A stretch of 61,630 bases of DNA, filler included. It is 4 parts of 4 records of this genome, joined end to end, with 100 filler letters (N's around TTAATTAATTAA, not from the genome) between each part and the next. Parts side by side here need not be neighbours in the genome. Positions count along the whole stretch, not along the records: positions 31,923 to 52,688 come from SRR20825019_1481; positions 52,789 to 61,630 come from SRR20825019_1484; 2 more parts are not named here. One strand, 5' to 3'. Both the position numbers and the translations under genes were made by a program. The notes below the pieces were generated by a model. It saw only the letters and a list, made by a program, of their open reading frames with translations. It made no database searches and was not told the DNA's origin. Below, in pieces: positions 44,314 to 54,482 of the stretch. The first letter of the stretch is position 1; the number at the start of each line of letters is the position of its first letter.

Positions 44314-44691
44314 GTGGCAAGAATAGCAAATGTAAATATACCTGATAGTAAAAGGCTTGTGGTAGCTCTTACCTATATCTATGGAATAGGAAGAACTAGA
44401 TCTATGCAAATATGTAAGGCTACAAAGATAAGTCCAGATATAAGGGTAAAGGAAGTATCTGAGGATGATCTTGTAAAAATAAGAAATAATATCGAGAAAG
44501 AATATAATGTAGAAGGGGAACTTAGAAAAGAAGTTAACTTAAATATTAAGAAAAAAAAAGATATTAGATGTTATCAAGGAATGAGACATATTAATAGACT
44601 CCCTGTACATGGTCAAAACACCCACTCAAACGCAAGGACTAAAAGAGGAAAGGCCGTTGCTATAGCTGGGAAAAAGAAAGTTACTAAGTAA
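44314..44691 (+). CDS. rpsM: 30S ribosomal protein S13
   Basis: [21 protein letters not shown]. Confidence 0.98.
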   Translation: MARIANVNIPDSKRLVVALTYIYGIGRTRSMQICKATKISPDIRVKEVSEDDLVKIRNNIEKEYNVEGELRKEVNLNIKKKKDIRCYQGMRHINRLPVHGQNTHSNARTKRGKAVAIAGKKKVTK

Positions 44692-44700
44692 AGTTGATAA

Positions 44701-45075
44701 ATGAGTAAAGTTAAAACTAAGAAAAAAACAATTACACTTGGTGTAGTTCACATTAAGTCAACCTTTAATAACACTATAGTCACATTTACTGATGTTCAAG
44801 GTAATAAGATTGCTGGTTCATCGTCTGGTGCATATGGTTTTAAAGGGGCAAAAAAATCTACACCATATGCCGCTCAAGTTGTGGTTGACAAAGTTTCTGT
44901 AATTGCTAAAGAGCATGGTCTTAAAACTGTATCTATTAAAATTTCAGGAGCTGGTTCTCAAAGAGAATCTGCAATGAGAGCAGTTTTTAACCAAGATTTT
45001 GTAGTAACATCTATATGTGATGTTTCACCTGTCCCTCATAACGGGTGCAGACCTCCAAAAAGAAGAAGAGTATAA
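44701..45075 (+). CDS. rpsK: 30S ribosomal protein S11
   Basis: [30 protein letters not shown]. Confidence 0.98.
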   Translation: MSKVKTKKKTITLGVVHIKSTFNNTIVTFTDVQGNKIAGSSSGAYGFKGAKKSTPYAAQVVVDKVSVIAKEHGLKTVSIKISGAGSQRESAMRAVFNQDFVVTSICDVSPVPHNGCRPPKRRRV

Positions 45076-45081
45076 TTATCT

Positions 45082-46101
45082 ATGACAACAATATTAAATA
45101 AAAATTGGACTTCATTAATTAAGCCAAGTAAAATAGTTAATAAGAAGGGTAGGGATCCTAATAAAGAAACTATTATAATAGAGCCTTTAGAAAGGGGCTA
45201 CGGATATACTATTGGTAATGCTTTAAGAAGGATTTTATTATCTTCTATTTATGGATCTGCTGTTACATCAATAAAGATACCTGGTGTTGAGCATGAATTT
45301 ACAACTATTCCTGGAGTAGTTGATGATTTGGTTGATATTGTACTTAATGTTAAGTCTATAGTTTCTAAAAAACATGTTAATGATAAGAAAACTGGTACCA
45401 TATCAGTGCAAGGTCCTTGTGTTGTAACTGCATCTATGATTCAGCATGGAAGTGAGATAGAAATTATAAATCCAGAACAAGTAATATGTACTGTAAGCCA
45501 AGATATAGAATTTAAAATGGAACTGGTTTTTGAATCTGGAAAAGGCTTTTTGCAAGCTGCTTCAAAGAGAAATAATGAGATGTCCCTTGGAACAATACCG
45601 ATTGATGCATTTTTTAGTCCTGTAGTGAGGGTTGCATACAAAGTAGAAGATGCAAGGGTTGAGCAGATTACAGATTATGATAAATTAGTATTAGAAGTAG
45701 AAACTAATGGTTCAGTAGCTCCAGATTCTGCTGTTGCAATAGCTGCAAGAATATTACAAGATCAGCTTCAATTATTTATTAATTTTGAAGAACCAGAAGA
45801 GAAAGTTGAAGAAAAGAAAGAAGAATTGCCATTTAATCCGGTTCTACTTAAAAAAGTTGAAGAACTTGAGCTTTCTGTAAGGTCTCAGAATTGTTTGAAA
45901 AATGATTCAATTATATATATAGGAGATTTAGTAATAAAATCCGAAAGTGATATGCTAAGGACTCCTAATTTTGGAAGAAAGTCTTTGCTTGAGATAAGAG
46001 CAGTACTTGCAAGTTATGACTTAAGATTTGGAATGGATATAAGAGAATGGCCACCAAAAGATCTTGATAAGCTTGCAAGAAAATATGAAGATCCGTTTTA
46101 A
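45082..46101 (+). CDS. rpoA: RNA polymerase alpha subunit
   Basis: EPLERGYG.TIGNALRRILLSS, ELSVRS.NCL, PNFGRKSL. Confidence 0.99.
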   Translation: MTTILNKNWTSLIKPSKIVNKKGRDPNKETIIIEPLERGYGYTIGNALRRILLSSIYGSAVTSIKIPGVEHEFTTIPGVVDDLVDIVLNVKSIVSKKHVNDKKTGTISVQGPCVVTASMIQHGSEIEIINPEQVICTVSQDIEFKMELVFESGKGFLQAASKRNNEMSLGTIPIDAFFSPVVRVAYKVEDARVEQITDYDKLVLEVETNGSVAPDSAVAIAARILQDQLQLFINFEEPEEKVEEKKEELPFNPVLLKKVEELELSVRSQNCLKNDSIIYIGDLVIKSESDMLRTPNFGRKSLLEIRAVLASYDLRFGMDIREWPPKDLDKLARKYEDPF

Positions 46102-46118
46102 TAGAATAGAGAATAGTT

Positions 46119-46793
46119 ATGCGTCATGGAAATGCTTTAAGTAAGTTAAATAGAAAATCAAGTCATAGAAGATCTTTAGTTGCAAATCTCATGCAGTCAA
46201 TAATTTTGCATGGAAGGATTAGTACAAGTTTAGCTAAAGCAAAAATATTAAGGCCTTCTATAGAAAGATTAGTTACTAAAGCAAGAAAAGCTTCAAATAA
46301 TCTAGCTTTAAGAAGAAGAATAATAGCTGAAATTTATAGTAAAAAAGCTGCAAAACACCTTATTGATAATATTGTAAAATCAATAGGAGATAGAAAAGGT
46401 GGATTTACTAGAATCGTAAAGACTGGCTTTAGAAAAGGTGATGGTGCTCCTACAGCTATAATTGAGTTTGTAGATAAAGTAGAAAAACTAATTGAAAAAC
46501 CAGATGATTTAAAGGGAGTGAAAGAAATTGAAGCAGATTCATCATCTAAAAAAGATAGTAAAATTAAAAATGCTGAAAGCAAAGACAAAAATACATCTTT
46601 AAAATCTTCATCTACAAAACCTATATCAAAAAAAGTTACTGAATCTAAAAGTAAAGTTAAATCTGATACAAAAACAAAAGATGTTAAAGCTAAAACAAAA
46701 CTAGTAAAACAAGAAGATAAAAAATCATCAGCTATATCATCAGACAAATCAACTGATAAACCAAAAGGCTCTAAGGCTAAAAAAGAAAAGTAA
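46119..46793 (+). CDS. rplQ: 50S ribosomal protein L17 with long Lys/Ser-rich C-terminal extension
   Basis: MRH..KL.R..SHR, R.GGFTRI.K.G.R.GD.A. Confidence 0.96.
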   Translation: MRHGNALSKLNRKSSHRRSLVANLMQSIILHGRISTSLAKAKILRPSIERLVTKARKASNNLALRRRIIAEIYSKKAAKHLIDNIVKSIGDRKGGFTRIVKTGFRKGDGAPTAIIEFVDKVEKLIEKPDDLKGVKEIEADSSSKKDSKIKNAESKDKNTSLKSSSTKPISKKVTESKSKVKSDTKTKDVKAKTKLVKQEDKKSSAISSDKSTDKPKGSKAKKEK

Positions 46794-46817
46794 TAATAGA
46801 AAGGAAAATATATTTAT

Positions 46818-47078
46818 ATGGCAAATCACAATTCTACAAAAAAAGCTATAAGAAAAACAGCAACTAAGACTTTAGTAAATAAAAGCTATAGAAATATGGT
46901 AAGAACAGTTATTAAAAAATTTATTAAGGATTTAGGTTCTGAAACTAAAGAGAATTTAAAAGTAGCTTTTAGTAAAGTTCAATCATTAATCATGAAAGCA
47001 TGTTCTAAGGGTATATTTAAAAAAAACACTGCTTCAAGAATGGTCAAAAGTTTATCAGTACAACTTAAAAAGAAATAG
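46818..47078 (+). CDS. rpsT: 30S ribosomal protein S20
   Basis: MANH.S.KK.IR, KG..KKNTASR. Confidence 0.95.
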   Translation: MANHNSTKKAIRKTATKTLVNKSYRNMVRTVIKKFIKDLGSETKENLKVAFSKVQSLIMKACSKGIFKKNTASRMVKSLSVQLKKK

Positions 47079-47080
47079 GT

Positions 47081-47605
47081 TTGTTTAAGAAGTTATTTTT
47101 TTTAAGTTTATTTTTATTTATTAACTCAGCTCTAAACGTAATGGCAGATACTAATTTATTATTAAAACTTAAATATGGAGAAGTTAAGATTAAATTATTT
47201 GAAGATCTAGCTCCAAATCATACATCTAGAATAAAAGAACTTGTTAAGGAAGGCTTTTATAACAATGTTAAGTTTCATAGGGTAATAGAAGGATTTATGG
47301 CGCAAACTGGAGATCCTACTGGTACAGGTTATGGTGGTTCAGGTACTAAGATTAAAGCTGAATTTTCAGATTATAAGCATAAAAGAGGAGTTGTGTCTAT
47401 GGCAAGAAGTCAGGATATAAATTCTGCTGATAGCCAATTTTTTATTGTACTTGCAGATTCATTCCATCTTGATGGTAATTATACTGTTTTTGGAGAAGTA
47501 ATATCAGGTATGGAATATGTTGATATGATAAAAAAAGGTAATGATAATTATGGAGGCCAGGTAGAAGATCCTGATATAATCATCAGTTTAACTATATTAG
47601 AATAA
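47081..47605 (+). CDS. Cyclophilin-type peptidyl-prolyl isomerase (with signal peptide)
   Basis: FHRVIEGFMAQTGDP.G.G.GGS, SMAR, SQFFI, YTVFG.V. Confidence 0.95.
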   Translation: MFKKLFFLSLFLFINSALNVMADTNLLLKLKYGEVKIKLFEDLAPNHTSRIKELVKEGFYNNVKFHRVIEGFMAQTGDPTGTGYGGSGTKIKAEFSDYKHKRGVVSMARSQDINSADSQFFIVLADSFHLDGNYTVFGEVISGMEYVDMIKKGNDNYGGQVEDPDIIISLTILE

Positions 47606-47611
47606 AATTTT

Positions 47612-47641
47612 TTGCTAGTTATTTTTAACTACTAGTATAAT
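47612..47641 (+). promoter_or_regulatory. Sigma70-type promoter upstream of plsC-alr-mlaEF
   Basis: TTGCTA-18 nt-TATAAT. Confidence 0.55.
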
Positions 47642-47667
47642 ACTCACAAACAAAGTAGGTACTCGCT

Positions 47668-48411
47668 TTGGATTCTTTAAGTTTAATATTTTTTAGAGCT
47701 CGAGTAATGAGCTTTTATCTTACAATGATTATAGTAAGTATATTTTTTTATATACTTATGATGTTACTTCATAGTTTTTGTTTTAATTTTAATATTAAAT
47801 ATAAAATAGGTATAACTTACGCAAAGACATTTTTATTTTTGTTAAATTATATAGTTGGAATTAATCATAAAATAGAAGGAACTGAAAATATTCCAGGTAA
47901 TCCTTTTGTAATTGTATCTAATCACCAATCATTTTGGGATAATATATTCATGCCAGCTGAACTACCTTTGCAGTCATGGATTATAAAAAAGGAACTACTA
48001 GACTATCCTTTATTTGGAAGAGGTTTATCAATTCTTAGTCCTGTTGCAATAGATAGAAAGGATAGTTTTTCAGTGAGGCAGATTATAGATGGTGGATTGA
48101 ATAAATTAAAACAGGGATTTTCAATAGTAATATTTCCTGAAGGTACAAGGCTTAATCCTTTAAAAAGAAGAAAATTTAAACCAAGTGCAGCAAAACTTGC
48201 TTCAATGGCAAAAGTACCAGTTTTAATGATTGCACATAATGCCGGAAATTATTGGCCTAAAGGTTTTTGGATTAAAAAACCAGGTACAATAAAAGTAATG
48301 ATAGGACCATTAATATCACCTGAGGAGCATATAGAATTAGGTCCAAGAGAATTAAATAACAAAATTGAATCTTGGATAAATGATACTAAAGATAAGTTAT
48401 CTAGCCAATAA
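47668..48411 (+). CDS. plsC: 1-acyl-sn-glycerol-3-phosphate acyltransferase
   Basis: NHQSFWD and FPEGTR motifs. Confidence 0.9.
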   Translation: MDSLSLIFFRARVMSFYLTMIIVSIFFYILMMLLHSFCFNFNIKYKIGITYAKTFLFLLNYIVGINHKIEGTENIPGNPFVIVSNHQSFWDNIFMPAELPLQSWIIKKELLDYPLFGRGLSILSPVAIDRKDSFSVRQIIDGGLNKLKQGFSIVIFPEGTRLNPLKRRKFKPSAAKLASMAKVPVLMIAHNAGNYWPKGFWIKKPGTIKVMIGPLISPEEHIELGPRELNNKIESWINDTKDKLSSQ

Positions 48412-48455
48412 TTTATTATAGTAAAATATATTGGATAATTTAAAGAATTAAGTTT

Positions 48456-49544
48456 ATGAAAAATTCAGGTAAGCTCGTTATTGATCTTGGTATTATAAAA
48501 AATAACTATAAAATAATTGAAAATTTAGGAACTAAAATAGGTGTTTCAGTAAAAGCAGATGCATACGGACTAGGTTCAGTTGTGATTAGCTCATTTTTAT
48601 ACAAATTGGGATGTAGGGATTTTTTTGTAGCAAATCTAAATGAAGGAATAGAAATTAGGAATAAACTACCTAATGATTCATCTATTTATGTACTTAATGG
48701 AATTTTTGACGGTCAAGAAGATGATTTTATAAGTTATAATCTAACTCCAGTTTTAAATTCACTTTATCAAGTAGAATTATGGAACAATTATGCAAATATT
48801 AAAAATTCGTTATTAAGTGCAATTTTACATATTGATACTGGAATTAATAGGCTAGGTTTATATGGTAAGGAACTTAAGAAGATTCAAGAAAATAGTAAAA
48901 TTTATGAAAATTTAAATATAAATTATGTTATTAGTCATTTATCAAGTTCTAAAAACAAAGATTCAAGTTATAATATAGTTCAGTTAAACAAGTTTTTAGA
49001 TTATATTGAATATTTTAAAGATACAAAATATAGTTTATCGAGTTCTGATGGTATTTTTTTAGGTGAGAAATATCATTTTGACCTAGTAAGACCTGGTGCC
49101 ATTATTTATGGTATTGGAAGTTCTATAAAAAAAGATTATGGGATAAAAAATCCAGTATCTTTATATAGTAATATATTACAGATTAAAAAAATTGGTAAAG
49201 GTGAATATGTTGGTTATAACCAAACATACAAAACTGAAAAAGATATAGTAATTGGTATTGTAAATGCAGGATATAGAGACGGAATATTAAATTGTTTTAA
49301 AGATAAAATTTCATTATATATAAAAGATGTTCAAGTAAAAATTTTAGGTGCAATATCTATGGATTTAATTACTATAGACCTTACTGAAGCGATGAAAAAG
49401 CACGACATAAATATTGGTGAAAAAGTTGAGATTATTGGAAAAAATCAATCTCCAGATGATATTGCTAAAAAAACTGGATTTATAGCATATGAAATTCTTA
49501 CAAGTTTAGGAAATAGATTTCAAAGAGAATATATAGAAAAATGA
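48456..49544 (+). CDS. alr: Alanine racemase
   Basis: VKADAYGLG, IDTGINRLG, VRPG, G.ISMD, YEILT. Confidence 0.95.
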   Translation: MKNSGKLVIDLGIIKNNYKIIENLGTKIGVSVKADAYGLGSVVISSFLYKLGCRDFFVANLNEGIEIRNKLPNDSSIYVLNGIFDGQEDDFISYNLTPVLNSLYQVELWNNYANIKNSLLSAILHIDTGINRLGLYGKELKKIQENSKIYENLNINYVISHLSSSKNKDSSYNIVQLNKFLDYIEYFKDTKYSLSSSDGIFLGEKYHFDLVRPGAIIYGIGSSIKKDYGIKNPVSLYSNILQIKKIGKGEYVGYNQTYKTEKDIVIGIVNAGYRDGILNCFKDKISLYIKDVQVKILGAISMDLITIDLTEAMKKHDINIGEKVEIIGKNQSPDDIAKKTGFIAYEILTSLGNRFQREYIEK

Positions 49545-50371
49545 AACATAGATTAAACTTAAAAAAATCAAATTTTAATATAATGAATATTATTAAGTCT
49601 ATATTTATCATCCTTGAAAATTTAGGAGCTCTAACCTTATTCTTTTTTAGTTCTATAGGTAAATGTATGATATTTATATATAGATCATTTAAAGGGATAT
49701 TTAAATTATATGAATATAAAGATGTATTATGGGGGCAATTTATTCAAATAGGTTTTTATTCTATTCCTATAGTAGGTATGACAGCTTTTTTTTCTGGAGG
49801 AGTGCTTGCTCTACAAAGTTATACAGGATTTTCTAGATTTTCTGCTGAAAGCTCTATTGCTACTGTTGTAATACTTGCAATTACACGAGAGCTTGGCCCT
49901 GTTTTAACAGGTCTTATGGTATCTGGCAGGGTAGGTTCATCAATGGCAGCTGAGATTGGTACAATGAGAGTTAAAGAACAGATTGATGCTTTATTTGTAC
50001 TTTCAGTTAATCCGATTCATTATTTAGTTTCGCCAAGATTAATTGTAATGATTATAGTAATGCCACTACTTGGTATGGTTGCAGATGTTATTGGGGTACT
50101 AGGAGGTTATACTGTATCTACAATTATGCTCAATTTTAATGGTGATGTATATTTATCTAGTAGCTTTAAATATTTTGAATTATATGATGCATTACTTGGG
50201 CTATTTAAATCATTTGTATTTGGGATAATTATTAGTCTTGTAAGCTGTTATTTTGGTTTTTTTGCAAAAGGAGGAGCTAAAGGAGTAGGTATTGCAACAA
50301 CTCAAGGAGTTATGGTTTCTTCAATTTTAATTTTGTTATCTAATTATATAATAACTGCTTTATTTTTTTAG
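49541..50371 (+). CDS. mlaE: MlaE-family ABC transporter permease
   Basis: RELGPVLTGLMVSGRVGSSMAAEIGTM...EQIDAL. Confidence 0.93.
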   Translation: MKHRLNLKKSNFNIMNIIKSIFIILENLGALTLFFFSSIGKCMIFIYRSFKGIFKLYEYKDVLWGQFIQIGFYSIPIVGMTAFFSGGVLALQSYTGFSRFSAESSIATVVILAITRELGPVLTGLMVSGRVGSSMAAEIGTMRVKEQIDALFVLSVNPIHYLVSPRLIVMIIVMPLLGMVADVIGVLGGYTVSTIMLNFNGDVYLSSSFKYFELYDALLGLFKSFVFGIIISLVSCYFGFFAKGGAKGVGIATTQGVMVSSILILLSNYIITALFF

Positions 50372-50374
50372 TTT

Positions 50375-51115
50375 ATGAGTAAAATAAAAATAGTAAATTT
50401 ATTTAAGAAATTTGGTTCAAAAATTATTTTAAATAATATTTCTTTTGATATTAAAGAAGGTAAATCATATGCAATAATTGGCTCTTCTGGTACTGGGAAA
50501 TCTGTACTAATTAAATCTATAATTGGTCTTATAGAGCCTTGTAGAGGAAGCGTGTATATGTATAACCAAGATTACTTAAAGCTAAGTTATGGTCATAAGC
50601 TAAAATTAATGTCTAAATTTGGTTTTTTATTTCAAGGAAGTGCATTATTTGATTCATTAACTATTGAAGATAATATAAGTTTTTTTTATAGGCATAGATA
50701 TGCTTTTGATCAAAAAGAAATACAAAGAAAAATTCATCATAAACTTGAGCTTGTTGGACTAGATAATTCAATAGTAACAAACTATCCTTCTGAATTATCT
50801 GGTGGAATGCAAAAAAGAGTTTCTCTTGCAAGATCAATTTTTCATGATCCAGAAATTATTTTTTATGATGAGCCAACAACAGGACTAGATCCTATTATGT
50901 CTTCAGTTATCACTAATCTGATTAACAGAGTCAATAAAGAGCTCGGATCAACTTCAGTAATAATATCTCATGATATGGTAAATGTTAAAAAGGCAGCTAG
51001 TGAAATATTTATGTTACATGAGGGTAATATTATTTGGAAGGGTAAAAATTCAGAATTATTTAATAGCGGAAATGATATTGTTAATAATTTTGTTAATGGA
51101 ATCAGTTTAGTTTAA
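50375..51115 (+). CDS. mlaF: MlaF/Mkl-family ABC ATPase
   Basis: GSSGTGKS, LFQGSALFDS, LSGGMQKRV, YDEPTTGLDP. Confidence 0.92.
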   Translation: MSKIKIVNLFKKFGSKIILNNISFDIKEGKSYAIIGSSGTGKSVLIKSIIGLIEPCRGSVYMYNQDYLKLSYGHKLKLMSKFGFLFQGSALFDSLTIEDNISFFYRHRYAFDQKEIQRKIHHKLELVGLDNSIVTNYPSELSGGMQKRVSLARSIFHDPEIIFYDEPTTGLDPIMSSVITNLINRVNKELGSTSVIISHDMVNVKKAASEIFMLHEGNIIWKGKNSELFNSGNDIVNNFVNGISLV

Positions 51116-51302
51116 TTAGGTATATAAGAAAGACTGTGTAAGTGGTAGTGTTGTACTAATGGTCAAAAATTTAGTTTTTTGATGATTATTTATAATTTTA
51201 CTTAGCTATTTCTTAAAAATTATATAATTTTGGGCATTTTTAGATACTTTATTGTTAAATTTACAAATGTACTGGCTCAAATTCTTTGAAACAATGATCC
51301 TT

Positions 51303-52688
51303 TTACTCTTCAGATTCAATTGCTCCAAGTTCTTTGAGGGACTCTTCATATCTATTAACAAAACCTCTAAATTCTTCAGAATAATTATTACAATCATATG
51401 TAAATGCTTTAATAGCAGCTTTTACTTCTTTATCTCGATTTTCTGAAACTTCAGCTAAATTTCTTGCTATAATATATAGTATTTCTAAAGGTAAGTCTCT
51501 AATACTCACGCAATCTTCTATTTTTTTACTTGAAGTATTCAATTCTGAAAATAAGTTTTTACATGATATAGCTAAATTTTTAAGTGACCTAATATTTATC
51601 TGTTTATAGTATTCTAAATTTTCTGGGTATTTAAATGGCGGCCAACTATAAAAGGGTTCAATTGTAATTAGATACTTCCTTATAAATGGTGAACTGTAAC
51701 TAAAACCCTTGAATGCTCTATCATTATTTACATGAATCATTTTATTTCTAACTTCTGGATCCTGAGTTAATTCAACTAAATACCTAATCGCGCCAAAATT
51801 ATAATTTCTAATAGCAGTATCGAAATATTCAACTGAACCTTTATGACGAATTTCTTCAAGAATTTTTTCTCTTTGAGCCGGAAATAATTCAAGTAAATAC
51901 TTCCTTGCTATGTCTGAATCATTATTATCATTAGTACAAGCAAAATCGAAAGAATTATGAAAATCAACAGTATTAATCATCCTTTTCCTAGTTTCTGGAT
52001 CTGGAGTTAATTCAAGTAAATACTTTGTTGTGGCTGATTTATAATTTCTAAAAGCTGAAGAGAAAACTTCATCATTATTTTTATGAAGCATCCTCTCTCT
52101 CGTTTCTGGGTTCAAGGTTAAATCAACCAAATACTTCATTACATTTATATGACCTTTACCTGCAGCTAAACTAAAAACTATATCATTATTTATATGAATC
52201 ATTTTATCTCTAGTTTCCGTATCTTTAGTTAATTCAACTAAATACTTTATTTCTGATAAACGTCTTTCTTCATTAAATCCTGTATTATTTAAAACCTCTT
52301 CTTTTAAATTTGGGATTAAATCTAGCAAATAATTTAGTATCTCAACATGACCTACCTCAGCTGCTGTTCCAAAAAGTTCATAATCTATAACCAAACGTTT
52401 CCTAATTTTAGGGGGATTTAATTCCAATAAATATTTAACTATATCAAGATGAGCATTATCAATTGCCTCCATGATTGGGTGGTCAATGCCATCTTCATAG
52501 TACTGTTCAACCTCATCACACATTTTTTCTTTATTTTTTGGATATTGTGTTAATTCAGCCACATACTTAACTACCTCAATATGTCCACGTGACGCAGGTG
52601 ATCTAAATGCAAAGCATGCATTTGAAAAAATCATTTTTTTTCTTGCTTTTGGATTTTCAGTTAATTCAACTAAATACTTCATTACATC
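51303..52688 (-). CDS. Ankyrin-repeat protein with C-terminal F-box-like motif (5' truncated)
   Basis: Repeats AA..GH..V.KYLVELT..PE.R..MIH.NND; C-terminal IRDLPLEILYIIARNL; frame is open into the contig end. Confidence 0.85.
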   Translation of the reverse strand, partial: DVMKYLVELTENPKARKKMIFSNACFAFRSPASRGHIEVVKYVAELTQYPKNKEKMCDEVEQYYEDGIDHPIMEAIDNAHLDIVKYLLELNPPKIRKRLVIDYELFGTAAEVGHVEILNYLLDLIPNLKEEVLNNTGFNEERRLSEIKYLVELTKDTETRDKMIHINNDIVFSLAAGKGHINVMKYLVDLTLNPETRERMLHKNNDEVFSSAFRNYKSATTKYLLELTPDPETRKRMINTVDFHNSFDFACTNDNNDSDIARKYLLELFPAQREKILEEIRHKGSVEYFDTAIRNYNFGAIRYLVELTQDPEVRNKMIHVNNDRAFKGFSYSSPFIRKYLITIEPFYSWPPFKYPENLEYYKQINIRSLKNLAISCKNLFSELNTSSKKIEDCVSIRDLPLEILYIIARNLAEVSENRDKEVKAAIKAFTYDCNNYSEEFRGFVNRYEESLKELGAIESEE

Positions 52689-52788
52689 NNNNNNNNNNNN
52701 NNNNNNNNNNNNNNNNNNNNNNNNNNNNNNNNTTAATTAATTAANNNNNNNNNNNNNNNNNNNNNNNNNNNNNNNNNNNNNNNNNNNN
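52689..52788. other. Artificial contig linker
   Basis: N-run with TTAATTAATTAA. Confidence 0.99.
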
Positions 52789-54255
52789 ATAATTAAAACG
52801 TGCATAATCCATAATAGAACTGGTGTGTCCGTTTTTGTTGAGCCACTCATTATCTCTCAAACGCTCTACAGGTGTTGCATAACTTGCACCCATATTATGC
52901 CTTAGTCCGAGGGTATGCCCTACTTCATGCGAGGAAACAAAACGAATAAGCTCTCCCATCAGCTCCTCATCAAATGTCATTTTCCTTGCTCTTTCATCTA
53001 CAGCACCTGCCTGAATTAAATACCAATTATGAAGTAGGTTCATTAAATTATGATACCACCCCATATGACTTTCTAAAATTTCCCCACTTCTTGGGTCAAC
53101 AATATTAGGACCATATGCATTTTTAGAAGGCGAAGCAAAATATCTCAAAACAGAAAACCGAGCATCTTCCAAGCTCATAGAATCGTTAGCTTCTGGCCAT
53201 TCTTTTCCTACAATTGCATTTTTAAAACCAGCCTGCTCAAATGCTTTTTGCCAATCGTTAATCCCTTGAATAAGATAAGGTCTCCATTTTTTTGGCGTAG
53301 CAGGATCTATATAATATACAATTTGCTTTTTAGGCTCCACTAATTCGCCTCGTCTCCATTTTTCAATATCCTCCGCTTTTGGTTCTAATCGCCATCTATG
53401 GATATAAATATTTTTATCTACTTTTTGTTGATTATCGCCATACAAAAGATAAGAACTAGCAAAATACCCTACTCGGGGATCATAAAAACGCTTTTTCATT
53501 GGCTCTTTAGGCAATAAAATAAAAGAGTTATTTAGCTCTAAAGTAACAACTCCCGACAAGGCAGCAGCAGGAAGACTCTTTTTATTATTGTGAGCTATGC
53601 TTGCATTATACGTTTTAACCGTCTTAACTTCTGTATTTATAGGATAACTATTTATTGTTGAAATATAAGACTTGTCTTTTTCCAAAGAAGTTAAATTATA
53701 AGTCTCTTTTTGCGATGCACTTAGAGCTAAAAGATTGTTTTCACTATTTATAAAATCGGTAACTTTTATAACAGAAGCAGCATTTTCCTCATTTCTAGCT
53801 TTTACATCAAAAGCTTCTAAAATAGGGGTAACATTAGAGTTATTTACAGCTTTTGCAATAGCATCTTCTTCATTAGCCTGACTTACAAAAGTAGCCACTC
53901 TAAGGAATATTTTATTAGAAGGCCCTTTTTCAAAAAATATAGTTTTCTCTCCAATTTCTTCCCCCCCATAATTCCCAGCACCTCCAGGGGTTTTTATAAA
54001 CCTCGTAACTACCAATATTTCTCTATTTAGCAAACTATCTGGAATTTCAAAATAGTAATCCTCGTTTACTTTATGAACTGTAAAAAGACCTTTTTTAGAC
54101 TCTGAACCTTCAGGAATAACTTTATCATAAGGCTCAGTTGGCTCAAACGACATTCCTACCTCAGAAGTTTGAGACTGTTTTTGAGTTCCGCAGGAAATAA
54201 AAAATACAACCAACAGAATAAAATATATACTTTTTTGAAAAATGTTATTCTCCAT
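52789..54255 (-). CDS. Zinc-dependent metalloprotease lipoprotein (EcxA / DUF5117-DUF4953 type), 3' truncated
   Basis: Lipobox FISC, HEVGHTLGLRHN zincin motif, SSIMDY Met-turn. Confidence 0.9.
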
Positions 54256-54482
54256 GTATAATGCATTCAAATTAAACAAAATAAGAAGTGTAACAAGGCT
54301 ACATAATTGCATTACAATAACTAAATAGGCACGAATAGGTATTTTAAAGATATAAAATTGAATAAATACTTCCTACTGATTAGGAATGAGTTAACACTTC
54401 TAGAACAAGCTTAACAGAATATTAGGAAACTACACAATTGTTCTATAGTTTTACAAAACCAACCTATCTAATTTTTACTTTT

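Noticed and set aside
44701-46101. Missing rpsD between rpsK and rpoA, and no rpmJ after secY
   Set aside because: Normal arrangement in Alphaproteobacteria
32027-51115. Alternative genetic code or organellar origin of the AT-rich contig
   Set aside because: TGA is used as stop (rpsQ, adk), Trp is TGG, and alr, mlaEF and plsC indicate a bacterium rather than a mitochondrion
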